Shown: positions 10,798-23,148 of the stretch, in pieces
Numbering within the stretch: the stretch's first letter is position 1
How the letters are laid out: each line of letters starts with the position of its first letter
Origin: an uncultured candidate division Zixibacteria bacterium
GTDB taxonomy: Bacteria; Zixibacteria; MSB-5A5; GN15; PGXB01
Length of the DNA stretch: 64,000 nucleotides
Direction: 5' to 3'
NCBI GenBank assembly: GCA_963702205.1
Contig: OY969724.1
Location: forward strand, 416,001 to 480,000
The notes under the pieces: model-generated
The model's database searches: none
Seen by the model: only the letters and a program-made list of their open reading frames with translations
Told to the model about the DNA's origin: nothing
Program-made: the position numbers and the translations under genes

Positions 10798-11808
10798 TTA
10801 AAGCTCCTGCCATTTTACGACCGCCGAAGCCCAGGTCAGTCCACCACCGAAGGCGGTCATCAGTATAATGTCACCGTCGTTCAGTTTACCTTCGCGGTAA
10901 GCCTCATCGAGTGCAATCGGAACCGAAGCGGCCGAGGTATTACCGTATTTATCGATGTTCACGAACACCTTTTCGCGAGGGATTCCGAGTCTTTTGGCGG
11001 TGGCGTCCATGATTCTTATATTGGCCTGATGCGGAATAAGCCAGTCCACGTCGGATGATTTCAACCCGGCGCTTTTAAGAGAGCGCTGCGAGGCATCGGC
11101 CATCTGGCGAACGGCGTGCTTGAACACTTCACTGCCGTTCATTTCTATATAAATATTTTTGGTATTGTCTTTCATGGTCTGAACCGGCGTCAATGAGCCG
11201 CCCTCGCGAATCCAGAGCAGTTCGGTCTGGTTGCCATCGGATTTGAAAAATGTCGACAAAACGCCGGTATCCTCGTCGGACGCCGATAGAATCACGGCCC
11301 CGGCCCCGTCGCCAAAGAGCACACAGGTGTTGCGGTCGGTGTAATCGGTAACGGTCGAAAGTGCCTCGGCTCCGATGACGAGTATATTTTTGAACTTGCC
11401 GATCTGGATATAGGCGTCCGCCACCGACAGCCCGTGAATAAAACCGGCGCAGGCGGCGACGATGTCAAATGTCCCGGCATTCTTGAAGCCCATTTTTTTC
11501 TGGAGAATGCACGCCGCCGAAGGGAGCCTGTAATCGGGCGTAACCGTGGCGAAAATGACAAGGTCAATTTCTTCCGGCTTTAACCCGGATATTTTCATGG
11601 CTTTCTCAGTGGCATCCAGCGCCATGTCCGTTGTCGCCAGCTTACTGTTTAATATGCGCCTTTCAACAATCCCCGTACGCGTCCGAATCCATTCGTCCGA
11701 CGTATCGACTATTTTTTCCAGGTCGGCGTTGGTCAGACGCTTCTCAGGAAGATGCGATCCCAGACCTGTTATTTTCGACCTGATCATTTGCGTCATGTCC
11801 ATTTCCAT
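10798..11808 (-). CDS. fabH: 3-oxoacyl-ACP synthase III (start may be a downstream ATG)
   Basis: DTSDEWIRTRTGI, AACAGF, PHQAN, GNTSAAS motifs. Confidence 0.96.
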   Translation of the reverse strand: MEMDMTQMIRSKITGLGSHLPEKRLTNADLEKIVDTSDEWIRTRTGIVERRILNSKLATTDMALDATEKAMKISGLKPEEIDLVIFATVTPDYRLPSAACILQKKMGFKNAGTFDIVAACAGFIHGLSVADAYIQIGKFKNILVIGAEALSTVTDYTDRNTCVLFGDGAGAVILSASDEDTGVLSTFFKSDGNQTELLWIREGGSLTPVQTMKDNTKNIYIEMNGSEVFKHAVRQMADASQRSLKSAGLKSSDVDWLIPHQANIRIMDATAKRLGIPREKVFVNIDKYGNTSAASVPIALDEAYREGKLNDGDIILMTAFGGGLTWASAVVKWQEL

Positions 11809-12826
11809 TGTTTAATGTCAGCATTTCCTGCTTGATATTGGAATTTATTTTGTGGCGGGCCATATCCATGGCTATCAGCACGGCGTTCTTGATCGCCTTG
11901 GTCGACGATGATCCGTGACATATGATGGCAACCCCGTCGACGCCCAAAAGCGGAGCTCCGCCGTACTCGCTGTAATCGAATGAACGGCGAAGTCTTTTCA
12001 AAAACGGCAGCATCAGGGCCGCTCCCATTCTCGAAAAAATGTTCGTCTGAATCTGATGTTTCAGCGATTCGGTCAGGAAACCCTCGACCGATTCGGCGAA
12101 TTTAAGGACGATATTGCCGACGAAACCGTCGGTGGCCACCACGTCCACTTTTCCGGCGAGGATATCGCGGCCTTCGACGTTTCCGACAAAATTCAATCCC
12201 GATTTGGCAAAAATTTCGTGCGCCTGAAAAATCAATTCGTTTCCCTTGCTTCGCTCTTCACCGATCGATAAAAGCCCGATTCGCGGCGACGTCCGGCCGT
12301 ACATCAGCGACGTATACACCGAACCCATAACCCCGAACTGGTACAAATTGATCGGCTTGCATTCGGCGTTGGCGCCCACGTCGAGAACCAGAGTCGGCTT
12401 GCCTTTCGAACTCGGGAAAAAAGAACCGATCGCCGGTCGCAGGACACCCTCGACCCGGCCCAGGACCAGAATCGACGAGGCCATCACCGCCCCGGTATTC
12501 CCGGCGGAAACGAAAGCGTCGGTCTTGCCGTCTTTCTGCATTTGCAGACCGATAGCGATCGAGGAATTCTTCTTGCGAATTCCCTCCGTGGGAGTATCGG
12601 TCATGGCCACGGCGTGCGGGGCGTTTACGATAATAATGTTGTCCGGAATCGTCTTCTGGCGGCGCGTATAATCGCTGATTATTTCTTCTTTGCCTATCAG
12701 TGCCACCTGCAATTGTTCCGGGTTTTCCCGAGCCGCCCAAAGACCGCCTTCCATAATGGATTCCGGCGATGTATCGGCGCCCATAATATCAAGGGCGACC
12801 GTAATAAGATTGTTCTTTTTACCCAT
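11744..12826 (-). CDS. plsX: Phosphate acyltransferase PlsX
   Basis: ALDIMGAD, SAGNTGA, LDVGAN, DGFVGN, GGAPLLG motifs. Confidence 0.96.
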   Translation of the reverse strand: MGKKNNLITVALDIMGADTSPESIMEGGLWAARENPEQLQVALIGKEEIISDYTRRQKTIPDNIIIVNAPHAVAMTDTPTEGIRKKNSSIAIGLQMQKDGKTDAFVSAGNTGAVMASSILVLGRVEGVLRPAIGSFFPSSKGKPTLVLDVGANAECKPINLYQFGVMGSVYTSLMYGRTSPRIGLLSIGEERSKGNELIFQAHEIFAKSGLNFVGNVEGRDILAGKVDVVATDGFVGNIVLKFAESVEGFLTESLKHQIQTNIFSRMGAALMLPFLKRLRRSFDYSEYGGAPLLGVDGVAIICHGSSSTKAIKNAVLIAMDMARHKINSNIKQEMLTLNNGNGHDANDQVENNRSGIASS

Positions 12827-12852
12827 ACTATTGGAGGGGTGCGGGGCTTTTC

Positions 12853-13035
12853 TTATGATTCTTTGGGTGCCGCCACCACACTGCCCTTATACCACCCGCA
12901 GTGGGGGCAAATGTGATGCGGTAATGTCGGCTGATTACAGTTGGAGCATTCAACTACCGTCGGCGCAGCAAGTTTCCAATGGGTTCTTCTTCTGCGGCCA
13001 CGGGCTCGCGAATGACGTCTTTTTGGAAGTGCCAT
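12853..13035 (-). CDS. rpmF: 50S ribosomal protein L32 (zinc-binding type)
   Basis: MALPKRRHSRAR...CSNC...HHICPHCGWY. Confidence 0.97.
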   Translation of the reverse strand: MALPKRRHSRARGRRRRTHWKLAAPTVVECSNCNQPTLPHHICPHCGWYKGSVVAAPKES

Positions 13036-13063
13036 GTTATATTCCGGTTATGGTTGCAGTCTG

Positions 13064-13570
13064 TCAGGAGAGGTCTTTGAGACCTTCCCACCTTTCATCT
13101 ATCTCATCACTGCGACAATCGCAGGTTTCTTCGTTCAGGTTGGCTCCGCAGTCGGGGCACAGCCCCCGACAGCCTTCGGAGCAAATCGGCTTCATCGGCA
13201 ACGCCAGCGTCAGCACCTGCCGAATCTGGTCGGTCATGTCGACGACGTTGTCGTTGGGGTGCAGCAAAATCACGTCTTCACCGTCGTCGGCCGACATCAC
13301 GGCTCTGGCGTCGGCTTTTCTGACAATAAAATTCAATTCACCATGCAGTTTGTCGGCGTATGGTTCCAGGCACCGGGAACATTCTATTTCAACCGGGGCA
13401 ATCACCTCGCCGCGACAGTAAAACTCCTCTTTCATCTTCTGTATATTCAATTTCACCGTTGCCAGTTCCGGAAAAGTTGCCCCGGAGATAGAATCCTCCA
13501 AATCATCCAGTTCCATTTCCAGAATTATATCAACCGGAAACGATGCAAATTCACGCAGGTCCAAAGCCAT
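13064..13570 (-). CDS. yceD: DUF177/YceD family protein
   Basis: CSRCL and PMKPICSEGCRGLCPDCG motifs; canonical position upstream of rpmF. Confidence 0.92.
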   Translation of the reverse strand: MALDLREFASFPVDIILEMELDDLEDSISGATFPELATVKLNIQKMKEEFYCRGEVIAPVEIECSRCLEPYADKLHGELNFIVRKADARAVMSADDGEDVILLHPNDNVVDMTDQIRQVLTLALPMKPICSEGCRGLCPDCGANLNEETCDCRSDEIDERWEGLKDLS

Positions 13571-13610
13571 AAACAGCGAAAGTATGCATAAGATCCGGGA
13601 AAGTCAAGCC

Positions 13611-13657
13611 AAAAAAGCGCCCGGAACCGCTATAAATAAGGTTGCGGGCGCTTTTTA
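13611..13657. terminator. Intrinsic terminator after atpC (bidirectional architecture)
   Basis: AAAAAAGCGCCCG...CGGGCGCTTTTT inverted repeat. Confidence 0.7.
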
Positions 13658-13677
13658 AGTCTATGTTTAAAGGCAGG

Positions 13678-14082
13678 TTATCCCTGCATGTCTTTTACTA
13701 CTTTGATTCGGTTGCGTGCCCGATCAACGGCGCGCTGGGCGCGAACCAAATCTATATTTCCGGCTTCGTTGGCCATTCTCTGTTTGGCTCTCTCAAGAGC
13801 TTCGCGCGCCCGTTCGAGGTCAATATCCGTAGCGAATTCCACCGAATCGACCAGCAGCGTCGCATGATTAGCGGATACCTCGAAAAATCCGAACGACGCG
13901 GCCATGGCCAACTCCTTCCCGTCGCAGTCACGGCACATGACCTTGCCGGGTACCGTCGCCGTGATAAGCGGTGCATGATCGGTCAACACACCCAGATAGC
14001 CTTCAGTCCCGGGGACGATCAGCGAACTGACTTCACCCTCGTAAAAGACCTTTTCCGGTGTTACGATCGAAAGTTTATACAT
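13678..14082 (-). CDS. atpC: ATP synthase F1 epsilon subunit
   Basis: IVTPEK...PGTEGYLGVLTDHAPLIT. Confidence 0.96.
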   Translation of the reverse strand: MYKLSIVTPEKVFYEGEVSSLIVPGTEGYLGVLTDHAPLITATVPGKVMCRDCDGKELAMAASFGFFEVSANHATLLVDSVEFATDIDLERAREALERAKQRMANEAGNIDLVRAQRAVDRARNRIKVVKDMQG

Positions 14083-14096
14083 AACTTACTGCCCGC

Positions 14097-15500
<1,404 letters not shown>

Positions 15501-15541
15501 TTAATTACGCTCCGTTTATGGCAATCACTTTTTTTATCAAA

Positions 15542-16408
15542 TCAGCCTCTCAAAGCCTCGGCGCCGCCGACGATATCGAGCAGTTCCTTGGTTATGGCCG
15601 CCTGTCGGGCTTTGTTGTACTGTAACGTTAATGTATCTATCATTTCACCGGCGTTGGACGTCGCCGCCCCCATGGCAATCATACGGGTGCCATGTTCGGA
15701 GGCGAACGAATCGGCCAGGGCCGTGATCATTTTCATATAGGCATAGCGCGGCATCAAATCGGTGAAGATGGCTTCCGGCGAGGGTTCGAAAATGTAATCC
15801 TGCTTCACTGCGGCGCCTTCTTCGATTTGCGGCCGTTCCACCGGTAAGTACATCTTCTCGGTGATGCGATAACGGGTCGTCGAAAGAAACTGCGTATAAA
15901 TCATCGTGATCTCATCGGTTTCACCGTCCACGAACCGCCCCGTCAGCAGATCGACGATATCGCGCGCCTTGTTGTAATCAAGGTTGCCGCCCCAATCGAA
16001 GAATTTTCCCGTTATCGGCCAGTCGCGGCGTTTGAAAAAATCGAAACCGCGTTTGCCGACAAGCACCAGGTCGGTATTGGCCGGGTCCTTGTCGGACAGC
16101 CAGGCGCGGGCTCGGGAAATCAGGTTGGAATTGAACGAACCACACAGGCCGCGGTCAGCCATGATCAGCACCAACGTCCGTTTTTTCACGTCGCGGGTTT
16201 CGAAGAACGGGTGCATCAGTTTGCCGCCGGCTGAAGCTGACAGGTGTATCAGAATATGATCCAGTTTTTCCGAGTATGGCCTCACCTGCATGATTTTCAT
16301 CTGAGCTTTACGCAGTTTGGCCGCCGCCACCATCTCCATGGCCTTGGTGATCTGGCGCGTGGATATGACCGATCTGATTCTTTTCTTTACCTGGCGAAGA
16401 GTCGGCAT
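15542..16408 (-). CDS. atpG: ATP synthase F1 gamma subunit
   Basis: ITKAMEMVAAAK, DRGLCG, NKARQAAITKE motifs. Confidence 0.98.
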   Translation of the reverse strand: MPTLRQVKKRIRSVISTRQITKAMEMVAAAKLRKAQMKIMQVRPYSEKLDHILIHLSASAGGKLMHPFFETRDVKKRTLVLIMADRGLCGSFNSNLISRARAWLSDKDPANTDLVLVGKRGFDFFKRRDWPITGKFFDWGGNLDYNKARDIVDLLTGRFVDGETDEITMIYTQFLSTTRYRITEKMYLPVERPQIEEGAAVKQDYIFEPSPEAIFTDLMPRYAYMKMITALADSFASEHGTRMIAMGAATSNAGEMIDTLTLQYNKARQAAITKELLDIVGGAEALRG

Positions 16409-16411
16409 AAC

Positions 16412-17926
16412 TTAGCCTTCAGTCGTAAATTGCTCTTTAAATTTCTCCGTGGCTTCCTTGAGCTTGGCCACGGTGTTGTCTGACAGGCTCTTTTCCTTCT
16501 TGATCATCTCGGCAATGTCCGGATATTTCTCGGCACAGTACAAGAGGAACTCCCTCTCGAATTCGGCCAGCTGCGCTTTGGGCAGACTGTCCAGATATCC
16601 GTTGACACCGGCCCAGATGATCATAACCTGCTGCGGCATCACCATCGGTTCGTACTGACCCTGCTTGAGAATCTCGACCATCTTTTCACCGCGTGTCAAC
16701 TGCCGCTGAGTGGCGGCGTCGAGGTCGGAACCGAACTGGGCGAAAGCCGCCAGTTCGCGGTACTGGGCGAGATCGAGACGAAGCGACCCGGCGACTTTTT
16801 TCATCGCCTTGGTCTGGGCGTTACCACCCACACGGGAGACCGAGATACCGACGTTGATGGCCGGACGAATACCCGAATAAAACAGGTCCGATTCCAAAAA
16901 GATCTGACCGTCGGTAATCGAAATGACATTGGTCGGAATGTACGCGGAGACGTCACCGGCCTGCGTCTCGATAATCGGCAGGGCGGTCAGTGATCCGCCG
17001 CCGAGTTCATCGTTCAGTTTCGCCGATCTTTCCAAAAGGCGCGAATGCAAATAAAATACGTCGCCCGGGTACGCCTCGCGTCCCGGCGGACGCCTCAGAA
17101 GAAGCGAAAGCTGACGGTACGACCAGGCGTGTTTGGACAGGTCGTCGTATATGACAAGCACGTGTTTGCCGTTGTACAGGAATTCCTCACCCATGGAGCA
17201 GCCGGCGTACGGTGCAATAAACTGCATGGGAGCGGGATCGGAAGCGTTGGCCGCCACGACCGTCGTGTATTCCATGGCGCCGTGATCTTCGAGAATTTTC
17301 ACCACCTTGGCCACGGTCGACGTTTTCTGCCCGATAGCCACATAGATACAGAATAAATCGGTATCTTTCTGATTTATGATCGTGTCAATACCCACGGCCG
17401 TCTTGCCCGTTCCGCGGTCGCCGATAATCAGCTCGCGCTGACCGCGACCGATCGGAATCATCGAGTCGATGGCCTTGAGGCCGGTCTGCACCGGCTCTTT
17501 CACCGGCTGACGCTGGGTGACACCGGGAGCATTGCCTTCGAGAATTCTGAACTTATCGGTTACAATCGGGCCTTTGCCGTCGAGCGGCTGACCGAGCGGA
17601 TTGACGACGCGACCGATGAGCGCATCGCCGGCCGGGACCTGAGCCACTTTGCCGGTGCGGCGAACCGTATCGCCTTCCTTAACCGCCTGGACGTCTCCGA
17701 ACACGGCGACACCGACGCTGTCCTCTTCGAGGTTCAGCACCAGGCCGACAATGTCACCCGGAAATTCCACCAGCTCGGACATCATGGCATCTTCGAGACC
17801 CCAGACACGGGCAATGCCGTCGCCAACCTGGAGAACCGTCCCGACCGATTCCATCTCCAGCTTGGTTTCGTACCCCTCAACCTCTTTTTTTATGATTGAA
17901 GAGACTTCTTCTGGATTTAAACCCAT
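16412..17926 (-). CDS. atpA: ATP synthase F1 alpha subunit
   Basis: GDRGTGKT and [15 protein letters not shown] motifs. Confidence 0.99.
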   Translation of the reverse strand: MGLNPEEVSSIIKKEVEGYETKLEMESVGTVLQVGDGIARVWGLEDAMMSELVEFPGDIVGLVLNLEEDSVGVAVFGDVQAVKEGDTVRRTGKVAQVPAGDALIGRVVNPLGQPLDGKGPIVTDKFRILEGNAPGVTQRQPVKEPVQTGLKAIDSMIPIGRGQRELIIGDRGTGKTAVGIDTIINQKDTDLFCIYVAIGQKTSTVAKVVKILEDHGAMEYTTVVAANASDPAPMQFIAPYAGCSMGEEFLYNGKHVLVIYDDLSKHAWSYRQLSLLLRRPPGREAYPGDVFYLHSRLLERSAKLNDELGGGSLTALPIIETQAGDVSAYIPTNVISITDGQIFLESDLFYSGIRPAINVGISVSRVGGNAQTKAMKKVAGSLRLDLAQYRELAAFAQFGSDLDAATQRQLTRGEKMVEILKQGQYEPMVMPQQVMIIWAGVNGYLDSLPKAQLAEFEREFLLYCAEKYPDIAEMIKKEKSLSDNTVAKLKEATEKFKEQFTTEG

Positions 17927-18089
17927 CGTAAATACCTCTATTCAAATACAGACTTTATTTCGTTGTTAAACAATGCTCTCCGTTTTGTCGGCCGCGACGA
18001 ATTTTCTTTTTTTCGTCCGGCGCGGTTGCAACCGCCGAGTATCGTGCGGCGCATCTATATCAAAATTTCCTCAAACCCGGGCACAATGG

Positions 18090-18638
18090 TCAGTGGACGC
18101 GCACTTTCATCAGGCGGTTCCTTAACTGATCCAGGCCGTACCTTATCGAACCGTCGATGATCTTATTGTGCAGTATGATAATCATACCGCCGACAATGCT
18201 CTTGTCGATTTTTTCGTCCAGTTCGATCTTGAAAGACGTCTTTCGGGTTAATTGTTCAATCAGCCGGCTGCGCTCGGCGTCGGAAATCCGGGTCGTCGTA
18301 ATACAGGTCGCCCGGGCAATTCCTTTCTCGGCTTTGACCAGGCGGTCAAACTCTTCGACGATTTCAGGAAGGAAAGCAATCCGCCGTTTACGGGCCAGAA
18401 ACAGTATAAAATTGAACAGCGGTTTTTCCAGCCGTGTCGAGAAGACCTTGCCGATCAGTTCGTCTTTGGCTTCATCGGGCACCTGCGGCGCGGACATAAA
18501 ATCAAGAAAGGTATTGTCTATCTTGAGAAAATCCGCAACCGCTTTGAACTGATCCCAGGCTTTATCGAGTATATTGTGTTCGTTGGCCAGTTCGAGCAGG
18601 GCCCCGGAATATTTTTTGGCTACCTGTTGCGCGAGCAT
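18090..18638 (-). CDS. atpH: ATP synthase delta subunit
   Basis: VAKKYSGAL...IDKSIVGG...IDGS; operon position. Confidence 0.94.
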   Translation of the reverse strand: MLAQQVAKKYSGALLELANEHNILDKAWDQFKAVADFLKIDNTFLDFMSAPQVPDEAKDELIGKVFSTRLEKPLFNFILFLARKRRIAFLPEIVEEFDRLVKAEKGIARATCITTTRISDAERSRLIEQLTRKTSFKIELDEKIDKSIVGGMIIILHNKIIDGSIRYGLDQLRNRLMKVRVH

Positions 18639-18643
18639 ATCTT

Positions 18644-19129
18644 CTAAGCTTTCTCAATATTGTCGATAAACTGACCGATCAACTGCCGTTCTTTGGCCTC
18701 ATCCAGTTTTTCCCGCAGGATATTCTGCGCCGCCGTCAGAGTGATCGTGATCATCTCTTCTTTGAGCTGAACTTTGGCCTTGGCCACGTCGCGTACGAGC
18801 TGTTCATTGGTGCGGTTGATAATTCCCCGGGCTTCTTCCTGGGCGTTTATTTTTATGTCCGAAGCCATTTTGTTGGCCTCGTTAACCGCCTCGGCTATTT
18901 TCTGCCGCCGCTCGGCGTCGATATTCTTCAGCTTGCCTTCATAACCGGCTTTGATCTTTTCCGTCTCAGCCTTTTCGGTGTCGATTCTCTCGAACTCGTC
19001 TTTGATCTTATTCCGACGCTCGTCCATAAGGTTGAGCAGCGGATGCCAGGCGAATTTCTTGAGAACCCACAGCATCAGCAGAAAGCCGAGGGCATGAGTG
19101 AGCAATTGTTGCCATTCAAGACTTATCAT
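18644..19129 (-). CDS. atpF: ATP synthase Fo b subunit
   Basis: N-terminal TM helix, KFAWHPL, then a long coiled coil. Confidence 0.94.
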   Translation of the reverse strand: MISLEWQQLLTHALGFLLMLWVLKKFAWHPLLNLMDERRNKIKDEFERIDTEKAETEKIKAGYEGKLKNIDAERRQKIAEAVNEANKMASDIKINAQEEARGIINRTNEQLVRDVAKAKVQLKEEMITITLTAAQNILREKLDEAKERQLIGQFIDNIEKA

Positions 19130-19204
19130 ATTTCCACCGTCTTGCTTGTTAATTACCGGAGACGGCCGAAAGACGTGCTTCCGGCCGCGTCCGCATCGTA
19201 ATTA

Positions 19205-19438
19205 TTATCCTACCTTGCCCATCGCAATGAAGAAAGCGATAAAGACATAAATGGTCAGAGCTTCGATAAAGGCCGCACCGATAATCATGGCGGTCTGAAT
19301 CTTGGCCGCCGCTTCCGGCTGACGACCCATGGCTTCCATGGCCGAGCCTACCGCACGACCGATACCATAAGCCGAACCCACTGCGGCAAAACCCAGGCCC
19401 AGCGGGGCGCCTAAACTGATCATCGCCTGAAAGTCCAT
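19205..19438 (-). CDS. atpE: ATP synthase Fo c subunit (probably H+-coupled)
   Basis: RQPE loop. The ion-binding IEALTIY lacks the Q...E(S/T) Na+ motif. Confidence 0.96.
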   Translation of the reverse strand: MDFQAMISLGAPLGLGFAAVGSAYGIGRAVGSAMEAMGRQPEAAAKIQTAMIIGAAFIEALTIYVFIAFFIAMGKVG

Positions 19439-19489
19439 TGTGTCCTCCTAAAACGTTTGGTCTTTTATTTAACTTTACTTCTTTTCCGT

Positions 19490-20353
19490 TTAATGTGCAT
19501 GCTCCTCGTGGGGCAGCATCAGCAAAATGTATATCGCCGACAAAAGCGTAAACACCAAAGCCTGTATCGTCGACAGCAGCAGCCCCAGAAAATAAAACGG
19601 GAACTGCAGCGGCAGCCCGACTGGAAGGAACGACAGTATCGCCACACCGAGCCCGACAAACACCGCGATCAAAACGTCCTCACCGGTGATGTTGCCGAAC
19701 AGACGAAGCGACAGGCTGAGCGGCTTGGCCAGTTCCCCGATGATGTGCAGCGGGAACATAATTATTACCATCACCCACGAGACCGCGTCGCGCGGCGACC
19801 CGGCCAGGTGATCGAGATAGCCGATTATCCCCAGCCGCCTGATACCGGTGTACTGGGCGTACAGGAACACTATCACCGCCAGGGCGACGGTCGTGTTTAA
19901 ATTTGTCGTCGGAGAATGGGCCAGAGGAACCATACCCATCCAGTTCATAACCAAAATATAAAAAAAGAGCGTTCCCAGAAACGGGGTGTACTTACGGGCT
20001 TCCTTGCCGAGGATCGTCTGCATGAAATTGTACATGCTCTCGACCAGCATTTCGACCGCGTTCTGGAACGGCCCCGGAATCATCTGACGTTTCCTGTATA
20101 CCGATACCGCGATGATGCACAGGAAAATGGCCGCGGCAAAAGCATAAATGATGTTGACCCAGGTGTGAGCGAGGCTTTCGTGTCCGAACACCATGCTGAT
20201 AAGGCTCGGCAGCTGCGGGGTCGGGCTTTCATGTCCCCCGCCTTCGTGCCCGGCCGCCGCTCCGTGTTCGGCACTTCCGGTGGTCGTGGCAAAAATAAGC
20301 GGCATCCACTTGCCGATGGCCATGCACATCAGATGCATATAGTATATCAACAT
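19490..20353 (-). CDS. atpB: ATP synthase Fo a subunit
   Basis: PLSLSLRLFGNI and IQALVFTLLS motifs. Confidence 0.96.
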   Translation of the reverse strand: MLIYYMHLMCMAIGKWMPLIFATTTGSAEHGAAAGHEGGGHESPTPQLPSLISMVFGHESLAHTWVNIIYAFAAAIFLCIIAVSVYRKRQMIPGPFQNAVEMLVESMYNFMQTILGKEARKYTPFLGTLFFYILVMNWMGMVPLAHSPTTNLNTTVALAVIVFLYAQYTGIRRLGIIGYLDHLAGSPRDAVSWVMVIIMFPLHIIGELAKPLSLSLRLFGNITGEDVLIAVFVGLGVAILSFLPVGLPLQFPFYFLGLLLSTIQALVFTLLSAIYILLMLPHEEHAH

Positions 20354-20769
20354 CAGGCAGCCTCCTGCTGGCGTTCGTGATTGGGCTTCTTATTGTCCAG
20401 TCCGAGCAGCACCCGGCCCAGGACCTTCAAAAACATGACCGCAAGCGGTACCGAAAAACCGATGACCAGATAACCGACACTGAACATCGGGACCTGTATA
20501 AGAAAATATCCCGCCAAATACAAAAGCGGGACTTTTATGAACAGCAAAACCAGGGCAACGACTTTGTCCGGGCCCTCGGGTCGAATCGTAGCTCGAATCA
20601 AAAGCGCGAGAAAGTACAAATTGATGATCGACCAGATTGCCCCGGAAACCACGGCGAGGACGTCATAGAAAGCGAAGTGCAACGTTCCCAGAGCAAGAAA
20701 CAGCAGGATCAGGACGGCCGTAGTTTTCAATGTCCGGTCGATAAAAGATATGTCCATCGAAGCGGTCAT
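20353..20769 (-). CDS. atpI: ATP synthase protein I (4 TM)
   Basis: Four hydrophobic helices directly upstream of atpB. Confidence 0.75.
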   Translation of the reverse strand: MTASMDISFIDRTLKTTAVLILLFLALGTLHFAFYDVLAVVSGAIWSIINLYFLALLIRATIRPEGPDKVVALVLLFIKVPLLYLAGYFLIQVPMFSVGYLVIGFSVPLAVMFLKVLGRVLLGLDNKKPNHERQQEAA

Positions 20770-21014
20770 TAGTCCTCGGATTCGCGGTTAGCCTCTTTTA
20801 TTATCTTTATGGTCTCTTTTATCGCCGCTCCGAATCCCAGCGCGATAAAGACGACCATCAGATAGGGGCCGGTGCCGAGTTTGGTGTCGAGCCAGTTGCC
20901 TATCACATAACCTATCAGCGGCGCGACGCCGATCATCAACGGAATGACGCCCAGTAGTCCGACGGTTCGAAGATTCCGTCCTCCACCTTTCGGTGACTTA
21001 AAAAATCCGGGCAC
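20769..21014 (-). CDS. AtpZ/AtpI-family small membrane protein
   Basis: GYVIGNWLDTKLGTGP...LGFGAA motif. Probable GTG start at 21014. Confidence 0.8.
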   Translation of the reverse strand: MPGFFKSPKGGGRNLRTVGLLGVIPLMIGVAPLIGYVIGNWLDTKLGTGPYLMVVFIALGFGAAIKETIKIIKEANRESED

Positions 21015-21287
21015 TTGCCACCCATCCTTAAAATTAAATTTTGAAAATATGAATTTCGGATTAAATGTCAAGCCCGATTCGCGATATTTTGTTATTTTTT
21101 TCACAAACAGGCCGAAAAAAAAGCCCGGAATTATATAACGGCGTTGATATTGCCCGAATTCAATAAACGATATCAACCAAAATTCCGCGAATGTCTTCAA
21201 AATTGATCAATCATCTTGCGTCAGAATCAGGATCAGATTAAATTGCAGCCAACCTTTGATTGTCAAAATCTAATACTGGGGGTCGCT

Positions 21288-21866
21288 ATGAAAAAGGCCA
21301 TCATTTGTCTTATTTTTTTAACTCTGATATGCGCGCTTCAGGCCAACGCCTTTAATGGAAGACGAAAGGGCTTTGTTTTGGGTTTGGGGGCGGGCTATGG
21401 ACCAATTGCGCGAAACTCCAATGAATCCCCCAAATTTAGGAACTTCAATAATAGCGGACTTGCTTCCAGTTTTTTTATCGGCCACGGCTGGTATAATAAA
21501 TCCTTGATTGCGATTTATTTCGAAGGCATCTCCTATAAGGAATCGCTTTCTCATATATTAGTCGAATATTCCAGAGGAAAAGTTGACGTTGAGCAGGGAT
21601 TCGCCGGACTAACCTTTTTTCAATATGGCCGGGCACATTCGCCTTCCCCATTTTTTATGTTTGGAGCCGGCTTTCAGTTATGGGTAACCGACGACGACCA
21701 TTTTGGCAGCAATAATGCGGGTATCGGTTTCTTATTCGGGGGAGGCTATGAATTCAAACGACATTTCCAGGCTTATGCAAGTCTGGGGGTCGGCAATACA
21801 ACGCGCGATCGATCGAAATTTAGTCACGTTCAACTAATATTGGGCATCTCGGCTATGGCCTATTAG
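21288..21866 (+). CDS. Secreted outer-membrane beta-barrel-like hypothetical protein
   Basis: Signal peptide MKKAIICL..., alternating Gly/aromatic strands (GFVLGLGAGY, FGGGYEF), terminal aromatic residue. Confidence 0.6.
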   Translation: MKKAIICLIFLTLICALQANAFNGRRKGFVLGLGAGYGPIARNSNESPKFRNFNNSGLASSFFIGHGWYNKSLIAIYFEGISYKESLSHILVEYSRGKVDVEQGFAGLTFFQYGRAHSPSPFFMFGAGFQLWVTDDDHFGSNNAGIGFLFGGGYEFKRHFQAYASLGVGNTTRDRSKFSHVQLILGISAMAY

Positions 21867-21949
21867 CGACGGCAGGTCCGAAGCTTTAAAATTATGTAAC
21901 CTGAATCGTAATGCGGTCAGCAGGAATATACCTGTCGGCCGCAATACCC

Positions 21950-22528
21950 CTATCCTCTTCTGGTATTATTGGCGATGGCGGCGAGAGCGCGGCACAACTC
22001 GGCCAGGAAACGCGAGACGACTATAATTATGAACCCCATTATCGGCATGATAATGATCGCCGAGAAACCGATATTTAAGAAGCCCAGTCCCAGACTCTGA
22101 CCGAGCATACTGCCCTGTCCGCCGAGAAAGATCGACGCGAACACCGATAACAGGGTCCCGACAATCGCGACAAAAGTCCCCAGCCACTCTCCGAAAGTCT
22201 GGATGAAATGAGCGAAGACCGGCGTGACGATGAAATCGTCGCCCATCGACGAGGTCGCGTTGACTTTCGCTTTGCGGTCCCACCAGAGCTGGAATCCGAT
22301 CCAGCAGGCCGCGGCGATAATTATCCACGCGAAAAAGAATCCAAAGAAGTATTTGGCGGGAAGCTGAAAGATATGGTTGGCAATAGCCTGATACAAAACA
22401 TAGAACGGCAGCAGCAGATTGAGCGCCGCCATGAGGGTGTAGAGCCAGCCGAACGGTTGACGGAACAGGTTTCCCGAATCGATAAATTTCAGATACGGGG
22501 AAATGAAGTTGAAGAATTTGCTGTCCAT
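21950..22528 (-). CDS. Hypothetical membrane protein (4 TM)
   Basis: Hydrophobic helices. ATG at 22528 (MDSKFF) is preceded by AAGGAG. Confidence 0.7.
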   Translation of the reverse strand: MDSKFFNFISPYLKFIDSGNLFRQPFGWLYTLMAALNLLLPFYVLYQAIANHIFQLPAKYFFGFFFAWIIIAAACWIGFQLWWDRKAKVNATSSMGDDFIVTPVFAHFIQTFGEWLGTFVAIVGTLLSVFASIFLGGQGSMLGQSLGLGFLNIGFSAIIIMPIMGFIIIVVSRFLAELCRALAAIANNTRRG

Positions 22529-22911
22529 CGGACTCTCCTTTTTTAAATCCATTGAAATTTCTTCGGCCATTTCACCAATAACCGTAATTGACACTGTAAA
22601 TACGTATTTATGGAGCTATTGTGTCAATGTTTTTGATAAGGGCCGTGATTGGGCGGACGAATAAATTCAGGAGATCAGCGCGCTTTGGGTTTTACACCTG
22701 TAATCAGCCCGATATTACCCGGCAGGCGGCGGAATCTGACCAAGGAAAACCCGGCTTTCTCGAGCAATTCCTTGACGCTTTCTTTCCCCTTCATCTTTCC
22801 GCTGCAAGCTCACACCTCGACGCACCGTACACCGACTCAATATCGAGCTTCTCCAAAACTTTTTTGGGCAGCTTATCTAATGTCAATTCTCTGGACAAAA
22901 TGGATAATTCC

Positions 22912-23071
22912 GTGGGCGGCAGATGTCCACAGGTCTCCTGATTCCGAGAAGGATCTGCCCCTCTTCAATCATAACCAACTGAAACTTATTATTGGCGAGC
23001 TATGCTACACCTTCTTCTTTTTTCCTTGCTCATTCCATCGCTCGGGCACTTGTGGACAAAGGCCGCGTGCA
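22912..23071 (+). repeat. REP-like palindrome doublet (same arrangement as 30696-30780)
   Basis: GTGGGCGGCAGATGTCCAC...ATCTGCCCC followed by CGCTCGGGCACTTGTGGACAA..GCCGCG. Confidence 0.7.
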
Positions 23072-23148
23072 AATATTGAAATACGGACGGATTGGCAAGA
23101 TAAAAGAAATTAAGATGCTCGGATCACGGCAGTATTGTCTTGCAGTTG

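Noticed and set aside
19205..19438. Na+-coupled or N-type ATP synthase
   Set aside because: The c subunit lacks the Na+ ligands (EA rather than ES/ET, no Gln) and the gene order is the standard F-type.
22675..22900. Minus-strand fragment KELLEKAGFSLVRF...GLITGVKP resembling a methyltransferase C-terminus
   Set aside because: Too short and without a convincing upstream frame to call as a pseudogene.
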